A stretch of DNA of 38,086 nt from a virus (lineage: Duplodnaviria; Caudoviricetes). The translations under genes and the position numbers were made by a program. Positions within the stretch are counted from its first letter, which is position 1, and every line of letters begins with the position of its first letter. The notes under the pieces are model-generated. The model did no database searches. It was not told the DNA's origin and saw only the letters and a list, made by a program, of their open reading frames with translations. The stretch is from positions 1 through 38,086 of the IMG/VR virus record IMGVR_UViG_3300036820_000048; one strand, written 5' to 3'. Below, one piece after another: positions 1 to 9,832 of the stretch.

Positions 1-1563
1 ATCTGTAAACAGAACGAAGATGCTGGCGCTATTCCGACGGCACAGCTATTTCCCGATGGGCTGCCAGCGCCTCCAGCGCACGTAAACTGTCGATGCGCGA
101 TTATGCCGGCAGAGGTCTATGGCGTCAGGCTAGATGACTTGACTACCGTCGTCTCGGATGCGGTAGCTGCTGCGGCGGTACCGGATCTCGTAAAGGTCGG
201 CCCGAAGGGCTATATCCACGACTGGATCTACGTCGGTACCCGCGGTAGTCGCGTTACCAGTTCTCGCGGCAAGCTGCTACCGTCGGTAACCGCAGAGCAG
301 CGTCAAGATCTCGGCCAGAAGATAAAGGAATACAAGAAGCAGCTAACGCCGGCTCACCGGAATGCGATAGAGAAATGGACCGCTGCTCGCGGTATGGTCC
401 GGCGGATGCAGCGGGGAACTGCTTCTGCCGATACGCTCAAGCACTTCGATGAAGCTCTCCAGGGAGCGCCGAAGGTAAACGGACTGGTCTACCGAGCCAT
501 TAAGCCTGGATCGGCTGGAGCTCAGGTAGCTGATAGCCTGAAATCGGGAGATCACGTTACCATCGGTGAACCGGTCTCGACTTCGATCGACCCGCGGCAA
601 GCTGCCGGCTACGGGACATATCTCTATGAGATAGACAGTCCGGCAGCGGCATATATTTCTGGTATCGGCTCTAAATATGCGTACGAGAAGGAAGCCGTCC
701 TTGCCCCGGGGCAATTCCAGGTCAGCGGTATCGACGATAGTACCATAGGACTGGGAAGCATCACCGCGCCCGTCAGGGTCATTCATCTCCAGGATGTAAC
801 TCAGGGTGAGCGATCTTGGCTGCCTACGACCGGGACACCTCTAACCGTTAGTAAAGTCGTAGAAAATAGTTCAACGCTCATCAAAGTAGGGCCTAAAGGC
901 TATATCCACGGGTGGATTAAAGTAGCACCCTCAGCTATCTCGGCTCTACCCACCAAAGCTAAGCAAGATGCTGCTGTTGCCGAAATCCAGCATGGCGTAG
1001 ATATCCAGAATAAGTTCATCCCTGATATCGTAGCTAAGACAAAATATAGCATCGTGAAAAATCCAAGTAGCTACGATAGCGATGTCATGGGGATTACCAA
1101 TCCCGGAACGGTAAAGCTTAGTCACAAGATTACCGCTGCTTCAGCCGGCAGTAAAGCTCAGAAGGAAAAAGATGAAGCAGCAGACCGAGGCTGGATCATC
1201 CCGCATGATAAAGGCCATTCCTCGGCCGACTATTTCGTTGCTCACGAAACCGGGCACGCTATCTCTGACCATATGTCGACATATGACCAGGCTCAGTGGA
1301 ATGCGGTAGCGAAAGCACTCGGAGCAAAGATTTCCCCGAAAGACCGGCCGTATGGTGGCGTTCCCTTCGAGTACGCGGATATTGGCAGCATCATCATGAA
1401 GAACAAAGATGCTTTCACCAAAGGAGTATCACAGTTTGGTGCCAGCAACCCGGATGAGCTCCAGGCCGAACTCTGGGCAGAATATACGCTTAGCTCCCAC
1501 CCTCGGCCAGCGGCGAAAGCTTACGGCGACTACATCATGAAGCATCTGGGGTCGGTAAAATGA
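1..1563 (+). CDS. MuF/SPP1 gp7-like head morphogenesis protein, 5'-truncated, with C-terminal ART-like and HExxH zincin domains
   Basis: Frame 1 is open from base 1: ICKQNEDAG...FPDGLPAPPAHVNCRCAI, the MuF C-terminal PPxHxNCRC signature, in frame with track ORF 103..1563. Then VYR / STS / EKE ART motifs (487-693) and HETGH...ELQAE zincin motifs (from 1243). Confidence 0.85.
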   Translation: MCKQNEDAGAIPTAQLFPDGLPAPPAHVNCRCAIMPAEVYGVRLDDLTTVVSDAVAAAAVPDLVKVGPKGYIHDWIYVGTRGSRVTSSRGKLLPSVTAEQRQDLGQKIKEYKKQLTPAHRNAIEKWTAARGMVRRMQRGTASADTLKHFDEALQGAPKVNGLVYRAIKPGSAGAQVADSLKSGDHVTIGEPVSTSIDPRQAAGYGTYLYEIDSPAAAYISGIGSKYAYEKEAVLAPGQFQVSGIDDSTIGLGSITAPVRVIHLQDVTQGERSWLPTTGTPLTVSKVVENSSTLIKVGPKGYIHGWIKVAPSAISALPTKAKQDAAVAEIQHGVDIQNKFIPDIVAKTKYSIVKNPSSYDSDVMGITNPGTVKLSHKITAASAGSKAQKEKDEAADRGWIIPHDKGHSSADYFVAHETGHAISDHMSTYDQAQWNAVAKALGAKISPKDRPYGGVPFEYADIGSIIMKNKDAFTKGVSQFGASNPDELQAELWAEYTLSSHPRPAAKAYGDYIMKHLGSVK

Positions 1564-3818
1564 CGGTCGTACTCTCTCCTGAGCGCGGAGAAGTACTGTC
1601 ATCATATGTGTCGTTGAATGGTCACGAGCTTGAGAAAAGCTGGAGATTCGACCCGTCCGAGCACCGTGATATCCACGGCCGCTGGTCCGAAGTCCTTGAT
1701 GAGATATCAAAGATGCCTAACGCATCGATCATGCTCCGCGATGATAGCAATCATCATATGGCCGTTGCATTCGGAGACCCGAAGACGGCCGATCATGTTA
1801 TCACGTATGTCCCCGGCGTCGGAGAAGATAGCGATCTTCCCCACGAAGTCAAAGATGCTAGCATGATGAAGGACCGGACCGAAGAAGAGGGCAGAGGATC
1901 GTCGGCATCGGTATTCTGGCTCGGATACAACCGTCCGTCGAACGTCGGAAGCGCCACTTCTAAGAAATCGGCGGTCGAGGGCTCTGGTAATCTGGCTCGA
2001 TTCCAGCACGGTTTGAAGCTGAAAAATCCGTCAGCTCATTATACCGTCGTAGGTCATAGTTACGGATCTCTCGTTTCAGGACTCGCTGCATCGCATCACG
2101 GCATGCACCCCGATGACCTCGTTTTTATCGGAAGCCCTGGTACTGGCGTCAAGGATGCTAATAGACTTGGCATGGATCCGGGGCATGTCTGGGCTGGTGC
2201 TAATAGCCAAGATCCGGTTTCGCGAGCTGCGCCTCTTCTCAGCAGCGATTTCCGTGGCAGCCCCGTTAGCAGCCGGTACGGTGCTAACATCTTCACGGCC
2301 GAGATCCCCGGCAGAGTTTTCCCGGGAAGGCTCCATCAAGAAGCCCACACGAGCTATGCGGACAGCGATTCCCAAGCGCTGGCTAATATTGCCAAGATAG
2401 CGGCCGGGAACTATGACGATGTCGATCTGGTACCGTCTCCTGAGCTTGTTACGTCGGCAGTTATACCGGAGCTTCTGAAGGTCGGTCCTGAGGGATACAT
2501 CCATGGGTATATCTGCGTTAGGCCGCCTTGCGGTAAGGAGCCAGACAAGATCAGCTCGGCCGATCTATGGCTCAAGAAAGACGGCACTGTCATCCACAAG
2601 CCGTCCGGCTATAAGATTGGTACCGTCGATCGATCTGCGGCCGAAGGGCACGACTGGACCGTCTTTACCGCTACTCATCACGATGGGAGCCAGGTCTATT
2701 ACGGCACGCGAAAGCGCGAGGCGCTTACCGCAATCGCCGATCATCACAATACGGCGGTCGGTAGCACGGAGCTAAAGCCCGATGAGCTCCCGGAGGCATC
2801 TAAGCCACTGGAGGTTCCGGAGGCCAAGCCGGCGGTCGCCGAACTGAAGAATCCCGCGGTAAGCGGCCATTCTTTTGATATTAACATGCTCAGTGGTTCT
2901 CTGAACGACCACCTTTCTTCTGAGCAAGCTGCTGAGATTAAAGGCCTGATCCAGGATAGCCATCTTTCGTTCCCCAACCCAAAGGACGAAGCCTGGGGTG
3001 AGCACGGGTCTCCTGGCGTAGAGAAAGCAACTCGACTCGATAAACTGAAGTATACCGCGGCTCAGAGCATGATGGAGAAAGCCGGAGTACCTCACGAAGC
3101 AGCTCAGGCAATCGCGGGCTGGCCGGAAATGAAAACGATAGATCAGTATATGCCTGGAGTCGGAGCTGACGGCTTCGCCAGCATGAAATCTCAGGTGTAT
3201 TCATGGTCATCCATCGGAGCCAATGCCCGGAACGTCTCGATCGCTTTTGATAAAGCGAGAACTATGGATGCACCGGAGGTAAGGCCGGAAGATTTTACTA
3301 GGCATACTGAAATGAAATCGTATTCCGGTAAACCATATCCTCAGCTTGTATGGGATGATGCGTCACCTGAAGCAGGTGACAGGCGGTATGCTGCTGCCAC
3401 CTACTGGGGCATGAGAGCGCAGAAATACTACACCCAGCAGGTGCTCTCTCTGCTCCCGAAAAAGCATCAGGGAAATAATCTTCCGGTAGTACGGATGATT
3501 GCCGGCGCCCAGGGTGAAGCATTGCAGAACGCCATTGACAGAAATGAATACTGGAAAGTCGCAACGCGTACTCTTTCATCGTGGGCAGAGCCGAGTGATA
3601 GGTCAAAAAACACCATCAGAAAACTGGTTCAGAAGTACATCGATGCATCACAAGGTATTGGCAGCCAGATGTGGCTCGAGCAGGAAGTTGACCCGAATCA
3701 GGTCTATATGCACTGGAGAGGCGAAGGCGTACTGCGGAATCAGGTCAATGTTCTCGGCGAGATAGTCGTTGCTGATAGCCAGACCGACAGCACCAGAGCT
3801 AAAGCAGTACCGGCGTGA
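1560..3818 (+). CDS. Multidomain protein: alpha/beta hydrolase (Abhydrolase_8/DUF1023-like) + repeated domain + divergent ART-like C-terminus
   Basis: GDPKTADHVITYVPG, WLGY, GHSYG nucleophile elbow (2052-2066), FIGSPG, DPV. The C-terminal VVR / LSSW / LGE pattern resembles an ART but is weaker. ATGA overlap with the upstream stop. Confidence 0.8.
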   Translation: MTVVLSPERGEVLSSYVSLNGHELEKSWRFDPSEHRDIHGRWSEVLDEISKMPNASIMLRDDSNHHMAVAFGDPKTADHVITYVPGVGEDSDLPHEVKDASMMKDRTEEEGRGSSASVFWLGYNRPSNVGSATSKKSAVEGSGNLARFQHGLKLKNPSAHYTVVGHSYGSLVSGLAASHHGMHPDDLVFIGSPGTGVKDANRLGMDPGHVWAGANSQDPVSRAAPLLSSDFRGSPVSSRYGANIFTAEIPGRVFPGRLHQEAHTSYADSDSQALANIAKIAAGNYDDVDLVPSPELVTSAVIPELLKVGPEGYIHGYICVRPPCGKEPDKISSADLWLKKDGTVIHKPSGYKIGTVDRSAAEGHDWTVFTATHHDGSQVYYGTRKREALTAIADHHNTAVGSTELKPDELPEASKPLEVPEAKPAVAELKNPAVSGHSFDINMLSGSLNDHLSSEQAAEIKGLIQDSHLSFPNPKDEAWGEHGSPGVEKATRLDKLKYTAAQSMMEKAGVPHEAAQAIAGWPEMKTIDQYMPGVGADGFASMKSQVYSWSSIGANARNVSIAFDKARTMDAPEVRPEDFTRHTEMKSYSGKPYPQLVWDDASPEAGDRRYAAATYWGMRAQKYYTQQVLSLLPKKHQGNNLPVVRMIAGAQGEALQNAIDRNEYWKVATRTLSSWAEPSDRSKNTIRKLVQKYIDASQGIGSQMWLEQEVDPNQVYMHWRGEGVLRNQVNVLGEIVVADSQTDSTRAKAVPA

Positions 3819-5125
3819 TCACCATAGATCTCGATGACGATGTAAGTGAAGACTGGCTTCGAGATCTGAATGCCTTCGCTGCCAGCCAGGTCGTCACCAA
3901 GGCAGCTGACCCGACTGCAGCTGCTTTCCTCCTCATCCGCGCTCAGAACGAGGACGGCAAGTGGCGCTATTTGCTCCAGCACCGTACCGACGGTACCTGG
4001 GGCCTGCCCGGCGGAGGTCTTCATCCTGGTGAGGATCCGTGGGAAGGTGCGCTCCGCGAGTCCACCGAGGAGCTGGGGGAGCTTCCTTCGCTTGGTCACG
4101 TGATGACGATCGAGCGAGACGATGACGATCTCGAAGTAACCACGTTCGTCTGCGAGCTGCCGGCGCTGTTCCAGCCCTCAGTAGACGGCTCCACGCCGGA
4201 GGAAACCGAGGGCTGGGGCTGGTTCAGCCGGAAGCAGGTCGGCAAGCTCCCACTCCATCCCGCGTTCGAAGAGCTGTGGGACAGCGTGGACTGGAAGCAC
4301 CTCGGCGAAGCGGGGAAGAAGAGGTTTAACCCGCTTGAGCTACGAGGTGAGCATGGTGAGTGGTCAGGCGGTGAAGATAGTTCAAATGTCACCGTTGATA
4401 ACAGCGGAATAGTGCGTGATGGCGATACCATAAGCGGTGTAGTCGGACAGGATGCGTCCGGCTGGAACTTCATGAGCATGGACGGTAGAACTGAGAGCGG
4501 CTTTAACTCTCGTGACGAAGCTGTCGGTGCGATGATAAAACCAACGGATGAAAGCGCTAAACCGCAACCGGAAGCTGCAGCTGCAGCTGCTGCTAATCCA
4601 GTATCACCGACTGGTGTTCCCTCAATTCGTAGCGGCTCGCTTACCATAGCCGAGCGGATGTCAGTCAGCGGATATACAAGTGAATCTGGGAATCGTATCT
4701 ACAATGACGAGCTTCGCAACGGTAATCCGGGATCAGACTATGTCTACCAGGATCTTGATAGCGCAATCGGTAAAAGTACGGTAACATCTGGTGGTACGGT
4801 TTACCGTGGTATTGCGCTACCAGATGCTATGAAGCTTGAGACGGGAACTGAGTTCCAGGATCTCGGGTATGTTTCTACATCTTCAGATAAAAATGTAGCC
4901 CGGGAATTCGCTGACATGCGTGCAACTGGTACTTCAGAGAATCTGGATGCCGGTTCTGTAAAAGCGCTAGGCGGTACACCTACAGTCATGGCGATCGAGT
5001 TGCCAGCCGGATCCCATGCTATGTACGGTGATCGATCCGTAAAAGAAATTATACTACCGCGAGGTACCACATTCGTGGTAACCGGAATCTCCGATGACGG
5101 TACCGTGAATGTGAAAATCAAATGA
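3815..5125 (+). CDS. Nudix hydrolase fused to a VIP2/C3-like ADP-ribosyltransferase domain
   Basis: Nudix box WGLPGGGLHPGEDPWEGALRESTEELG; C-terminal VYRG / GYVSTS / KEIILPRG. Confidence 0.85.
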   Translation: MITIDLDDDVSEDWLRDLNAFAASQVVTKAADPTAAAFLLIRAQNEDGKWRYLLQHRTDGTWGLPGGGLHPGEDPWEGALRESTEELGELPSLGHVMTIERDDDDLEVTTFVCELPALFQPSVDGSTPEETEGWGWFSRKQVGKLPLHPAFEELWDSVDWKHLGEAGKKRFNPLELRGEHGEWSGGEDSSNVTVDNSGIVRDGDTISGVVGQDASGWNFMSMDGRTESGFNSRDEAVGAMIKPTDESAKPQPEAAAAAAANPVSPTGVPSIRSGSLTIAERMSVSGYTSESGNRIYNDELRNGNPGSDYVYQDLDSAIGKSTVTSGGTVYRGIALPDAMKLETGTEFQDLGYVSTSSDKNVAREFADMRATGTSENLDAGSVKALGGTPTVMAIELPAGSHAMYGDRSVKEIILPRGTTFVVTGISDDGTVNVKIK

Positions 5126-5946
5126 CTAGTGCCGGAATTGCAGAGAGAATGGCCTGGGCGCCGGATGATATCGTTATCAGGGTTTCCAGAGCTCAGCCCC
5201 GTAATACTGCGGATGTGGCTAAAGTTGGGCCTGAAGGCTATATCCATGGCTGGATTCGCGTTGGCTCGGCTACCGGAGAAGCAGCTAGGCTCTCAGCTCC
5301 GATTCACGATGATGCATCACTCCGTGCTGCTACGACGGCCACGTATGACCTGATGCCCGGCGTTCCCGTTGATAAAGACATCGACGTTGGCGGGGTCAGC
5401 GGCGAGGATGTACGTGACGCTCTTTCTGACTACAGTAGTAACGGCTATGAGACGGTCAACCACGCACTTCGCTCTTCTGGTGGCGATCCGGATGAGTTCC
5501 CGAGTAGTGCGCCTATCATCGGGTATTCGGCTCAGCGGGCTGCCAGCATTATGACGGGAGTTGACGCGGCTATGGGTGCGTCCAAGCTTCGCGATAATGT
5601 CACTGCCTACCGCGGTATCGCTAACCCGGCGCGTACATTCGGGCCTGCCTGGCAATCTGATGGCAGCATGATCGGAACGAAGTGGGTAGACCACGGCTAC
5701 GTGTCGACGACTGCCGGGACGAGCGCGCTAGGCCGCTTCACCGCTAATGGAGCAGGCATTCAGCTTAAAATCACAGCACCAGCAGGAATGGGTGCCATCG
5801 GCATCCAAAACAGTGGCAGCTCGACTAGTGAAAATGAGCTTCTTCTTGATCGCGGCGCTGCATATACAGTTACCGGTGACAGCATTGGCAGCAACGGGAT
5901 TCGCACGCTGGATGTTACGGTCGAGCCGAGAGGCAGCAGCGGATGA
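5122..5946 (+). CDS. ADP-ribosyltransferase-like protein
   Basis: YETVNHALR, AYRG, GYVSTT and ENELLLDRG (ExE) motifs; ATGA overlaps at both ends. Confidence 0.85.
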   Translation: MTSAGIAERMAWAPDDIVIRVSRAQPRNTADVAKVGPEGYIHGWIRVGSATGEAARLSAPIHDDASLRAATTATYDLMPGVPVDKDIDVGGVSGEDVRDALSDYSSNGYETVNHALRSSGGDPDEFPSSAPIIGYSAQRAASIMTGVDAAMGASKLRDNVTAYRGIANPARTFGPAWQSDGSMIGTKWVDHGYVSTTAGTSALGRFTANGAGIQLKITAPAGMGAIGIQNSGSSTSENELLLDRGAAYTVTGDSIGSNGIRTLDVTVEPRGSSG

Positions 5947-7205
5947 CTATTGCTCTACCGCCTTGGATGGATTGCTGTGCTGTGCCAGTAGAGATCATTT
6001 CAATAGCTAAAGCTCAGCGCACCGTTGACCTCAACGGCCAGGAGACCTGGGTCCAGGATTCCCCCGATGATCTGAGCTACCCGGCTTCAGGCGGCGGCGC
6101 CCGCATGATGCCGGATGCGCCCAACCTCGGAGAGCTTTCCCCGGGCGGGGCGATCCCGCCGAGCCCGGGCGGAGAGATGCCACGCTGGCAGCCGGGTGAG
6201 AATCTGGTAGCCTGGAGCGACCGAACTAACGGTGCTGGCCGAGCCGGTGCCAATCCGTGGTCCGGTGGTACGGACTACAGCTTCCAAGGCGACCAAAGCA
6301 ACGTTACTCATGCCAGCTATCCTGAGGGCGGGAACGACGCGAACCAGGGCGGAGGGCGAGCTTCATCGCCGCCGTACAGCGGGAACCTGGTAGGACCAGA
6401 TACCGGCGGAAGATGGCCGGCCGGTGGTGAGGGCGATGAGCAGGCGCCGGTTACGTCGATCGGCGGGACAACTGGGGTGCCGCCGAGCTCTTCCGCGGTT
6501 GTTAAGCGCTTCGATCCGCTAGAGCTCAGGAATGAACACGGCGAGTGGAGCAGCAGTGCCGGCGACGTAGCTGAGCACGGCGAACTGGCTGGTAAGGAAC
6601 TATGGGCATCGGATAATGGCTCGCGAACTCAGTCCTTGACCGATGACGATATTGCTACACTGCACGAAACGTGGTATGACTCGGCTCCGGCATACCGGAC
6701 CAATGACGCTTTGCGAACGACGGATGCTGAATTCGCTGACCGGGTATCGAAGCCGCCATATTCTCCGGAGTATCACCAGAGATATATAACGACACGTCAA
6801 AGCTCGCTGAAGAAATCATCAGCATTTAACAGCCTTATCGGATCGTCTAAGCCATTTACTCAGCTCGCAGTTGCCTACCGGTACGCCGATGCGGCGAAGC
6901 CATTCGGAGTATCCGGGCGCCATTCACCGGGCGATATCATTACTGATAAAGGTTTCGTCTCGGTTACCGCTGACCCGACGCTAATAACTGAAAGGCGAGA
7001 AGAAGGTCATAAAGAAGCAACAATTACGATGAAGATGCCTGCCGGCACAAAAGCGCTGAAAGCTGAGCGTGAGTTTTATAACAACGGCCCGGACTATGAC
7101 ACCTTCCATGAATATACGCTCGGTGCCGGTACAAAATTCCGCGTTATCAGTGATAATGGTGACGTAGCGAATCGTGAGATTACCGTGGAAGTGGTGACTC
7201 AGTGA
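5943..7205 (+). CDS. Gly/Pro-rich N-terminus + ADP-ribosyltransferase-like C-terminal domain
   Basis: TNDALR, AYRY, DKGFVSVT and HEYTLGAGTKFRV align with the neighbouring ART domains. Confidence 0.75.
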   Translation: MTIALPPWMDCCAVPVEIISIAKAQRTVDLNGQETWVQDSPDDLSYPASGGGARMMPDAPNLGELSPGGAIPPSPGGEMPRWQPGENLVAWSDRTNGAGRAGANPWSGGTDYSFQGDQSNVTHASYPEGGNDANQGGGRASSPPYSGNLVGPDTGGRWPAGGEGDEQAPVTSIGGTTGVPPSSSAVVKRFDPLELRNEHGEWSSSAGDVAEHGELAGKELWASDNGSRTQSLTDDDIATLHETWYDSAPAYRTNDALRTTDAEFADRVSKPPYSPEYHQRYITTRQSSLKKSSAFNSLIGSSKPFTQLAVAYRYADAAKPFGVSGRHSPGDIITDKGFVSVTADPTLITERREEGHKEATITMKMPAGTKALKAEREFYNNGPDYDTFHEYTLGAGTKFRVISDNGDVANREITVEVVTQ

Positions 7206-9085
7206 CGGCTGTTATCGATAAGCTGAGCCGGTTCGGCTGGCAGCCGGGCGATGTTGACGTTACTGAAGCCGCTATTCAGAAGTCAGCTAGCTCAGTTCAA
7301 GACGATGTCTACCGGCAACTCCTCAAAAACTACCCGCCTGACTCGATCCAGTGGGTAAAAGACGCGGAGTGGACCGGCCCGGACGACATTCCGCAGGACC
7401 GCATCGACCAGGACGCAATGAAGACCTGGGCTGCGTATCACGAACCAGCCAGAGTGGATCACTTCGAGCGGAAGATCCGAGCCGGTGATCCGGTTCATCC
7501 CGCCGTCGGCGTCCTCGAGCCAGGCAACGACGAGAAGATCAAGATCGTAGACGGCCATCACCGTGACTTGGCATATGCCAGGCTAGGCCTGCCGGTGAAG
7601 ATGTACGTCGGCAAGGTGAACCGAGACAACGGTCCCTGGAACGAGACTCACAGTTCCCAGTTCCATCAGGGCAGCAGTCCGGCTAATAAGGTCGGTCCCG
7701 AAGGGTATATCCACGGTTTCATCTGCGTTAGACCGCCTTGTGGTAAAGCTCCTTCTCGGCTGGAAGTAAAAGACCTGTCGGTCGACGGCGACGGCAGTAT
7801 CATTCATGAGCCTTCTGGCTATCAGGTCGGTCGCGTCAAACTCAGCGACTCCGGATTTCAAGTCCGCCACCCCGACGGCAGCGATAGTATTCACGGCAGC
7901 AGGACCGGCGGTCTTAAAGCTCTCGCTGACCGGTTCAATACCGGCGGCTCGAGTGACGAGTCAGCCGGACCGCTACGTATCTCCGAGAAAGACTCGCTGA
8001 CATCTGTTACCAGCCGGTATGCGCTGAGAGGAAAGCAGGTGCTGCCAGGCATACTCGGCGGAGGGCAAAGTGCCTGGAACGGCCAGGTACGGATATTCAA
8101 GACGACGGAAAAACCAGCTGTAGCCGCTCAGCTAGACTGGGACGGGAAAATGGAAGTACAGGACGGTATAGCCCAGAGCATGAGAGATATGCTCGCCCAC
8201 CTACATACGGAGATCAGCAGTCCGGACCCGTTCGCCGTTGAACTTCATGAACTGATCCACAGCATAATCCCGCCTGACCAGACGTACGCCCAGCATTCAA
8301 TGGCATTCCAGGATTACGACACTGCGCGGATCGAAGAGGGATTTACCGAGCTTGGCACCATCCAGCACGCCCCCGAATTCTTCAGTAAAGTAGGTGTCGG
8401 AGAACTACCCACGCCGGTCCTTGCTACCGATAGCTCAGGACACGTTATCGATAATCCCGAATACGACAAAGCCAAGGCTACTATAGTGGCCGGGCTAGCC
8501 AGCAAAGCAAAATCGGCAGGCAACGACGAAGCTGCTACGTATATCAGCAATGCTATTAACCGGCTTCAGGACGACGATCCTCAAGGTGCACTGGATGAAC
8601 TGGACAAGATACCCGACGAATACGATGATGACTTCTATGAGAACCGTCAGGCTATCTACGACCTGGATAATATAACATCAGGAAGGCATGCTACCCTTTC
8701 TGAATACGCACAACGTCTCCAGAGTCCGGGACAGATCAAGGATGGCGCCTGGGGGCACTATGCGAATGAGACCGCAAGAGCTTATAACTGGATGGCTCTG
8801 GTTGCTCAGAAAATGACTGGCAAAGATGAGGAAGACCCGGAAACTCAGAATAAGATTATAGAACTGTCTGACGAAGTCAACCGGGAAGGGCCGGCAGGAA
8901 AGATCAGTACCATGGCCAGTCAGGTAGCTCTGGCTGAACTGGGCACGAATATGCCATCGGATACACTCTACCAGGCAGCTCTGGCTGCTGACCAGATAAT
9001 CAGGTTTACCTGGGGTAAAAACGATCCTGTAGCCACTCTGCAGCAGGCATCGAACACCATACGGAGGATGACTCAGAACTCGTGA
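7202..9085 (+). CDS. ParB/Srx-like domain + repeated domain + HExxH zincin-like domain
   Basis: IKIVDGHHR; LHELIH...IEEGFTE. GTGA overlaps at both ends. Confidence 0.75.
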   Translation: MTAVIDKLSRFGWQPGDVDVTEAAIQKSASSVQDDVYRQLLKNYPPDSIQWVKDAEWTGPDDIPQDRIDQDAMKTWAAYHEPARVDHFERKIRAGDPVHPAVGVLEPGNDEKIKIVDGHHRDLAYARLGLPVKMYVGKVNRDNGPWNETHSSQFHQGSSPANKVGPEGYIHGFICVRPPCGKAPSRLEVKDLSVDGDGSIIHEPSGYQVGRVKLSDSGFQVRHPDGSDSIHGSRTGGLKALADRFNTGGSSDESAGPLRISEKDSLTSVTSRYALRGKQVLPGILGGGQSAWNGQVRIFKTTEKPAVAAQLDWDGKMEVQDGIAQSMRDMLAHLHTEISSPDPFAVELHELIHSIIPPDQTYAQHSMAFQDYDTARIEEGFTELGTIQHAPEFFSKVGVGELPTPVLATDSSGHVIDNPEYDKAKATIVAGLASKAKSAGNDEAATYISNAINRLQDDDPQGALDELDKIPDEYDDDFYENRQAIYDLDNITSGRHATLSEYAQRLQSPGQIKDGAWGHYANETARAYNWMALVAQKMTGKDEEDPETQNKIIELSDEVNREGPAGKISTMASQVALAELGTNMPSDTLYQAALAADQIIRFTWGKNDPVATLQQASNTIRRMTQNS

Positions 9086-9399
9086 AGACATCCGGCGGCC
9101 TTCAGGCCGAGCAGATTACCCGGTGGGCGTGGGATGATCCGGCTGACCGTATAGTCAACGCCATTGACCGCGTCAACGCCCTGGCCCGCTCCTCGGAGAG
9201 CCCAGGCGAGCTACGTGAGATCCAAGACCAGGGAGCGTATCTGTACCGGCTAGCAGATTCAATGAGTAATAGTACGTCATGGACCAGCGTAGGCAGCCTG
9301 GTACCGCCACCTGCGGGTTTAGTCAGAGTTCTGCTGACCAGCACCTTGCAGGCATTGCGGTATGACGTCGGGCGAAACTCACTAGCTTCCAGTTTCTAG
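9082..9399 (+). CDS. Hypothetical protein
   Basis: GTGA overlap with the upstream stop and GGAGG upstream; 105 aa with no recognised motif. Confidence 0.55.
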   Translation: MKTSGGLQAEQITRWAWDDPADRIVNAIDRVNALARSSESPGELREIQDQGAYLYRLADSMSNSTSWTSVGSLVPPPAGLVRVLLTSTLQALRYDVGRNSLASSF

Positions 9400-9424
9400 C
9401 CATCCGGCTGCTGGGGATTTTCAG

Positions 9425-9805
9425 ATGATGAGACTGGGCGAGATCATGGCCGAGTTCGGCGGGAGAAAGCGCGAACAGCAGCAAATCCTCCAGGTACTAG
9501 CTGAGATACAGCTTTGCCTGGAAGTAATCGAGACCAAACTAGGAGGCATCATGACAGCACAAGACGACATCAATGCAGCAGTAGCCGCAGTACAGGGCCT
9601 TGCGACCGATATCGCTACTCAGGTGGCGCAGCTTGGCACCGACGTAACCGCTATCCGGGCCGAGCTTACTACTCTCCAGGGCCAGGGAGTAGACACAAGC
9701 GCTCTTAACACGCTGGTATCCAGCATCGCCAGCACCCAGTCTAATCTGGACACCGCGGTGACGAGCGTCGGCAACCTCGTGCCGGTAGCTACTCCAGGAA
9801 CCTAG
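9425..9805 (+). CDS. Coiled-coil hypothetical protein; likely (additional) start at 9551
   Basis: Heptad-like Ala/Thr/Val-rich sequence; strong AGGAGG at 9541 before the in-frame ATG at 9551. Confidence 0.65.
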   Translation: MMRLGEIMAEFGGRKREQQQILQVLAEIQLCLEVIETKLGGIMTAQDDINAAVAAVQGLATDIATQVAQLGTDVTAIRAELTTLQGQGVDTSALNTLVSSIASTQSNLDTAVTSVGNLVPVATPGT

Positions 9806-9832
9806 CAGATAGCAGACAAGCGGGGGTGTGAG

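Noticed and set aside
103-105. Track start ATG at 103 as the true gene start
   Set aside because: The frame is open from base 1 and encodes the MuF HxNCRC motif upstream, so the gene begins before the window.
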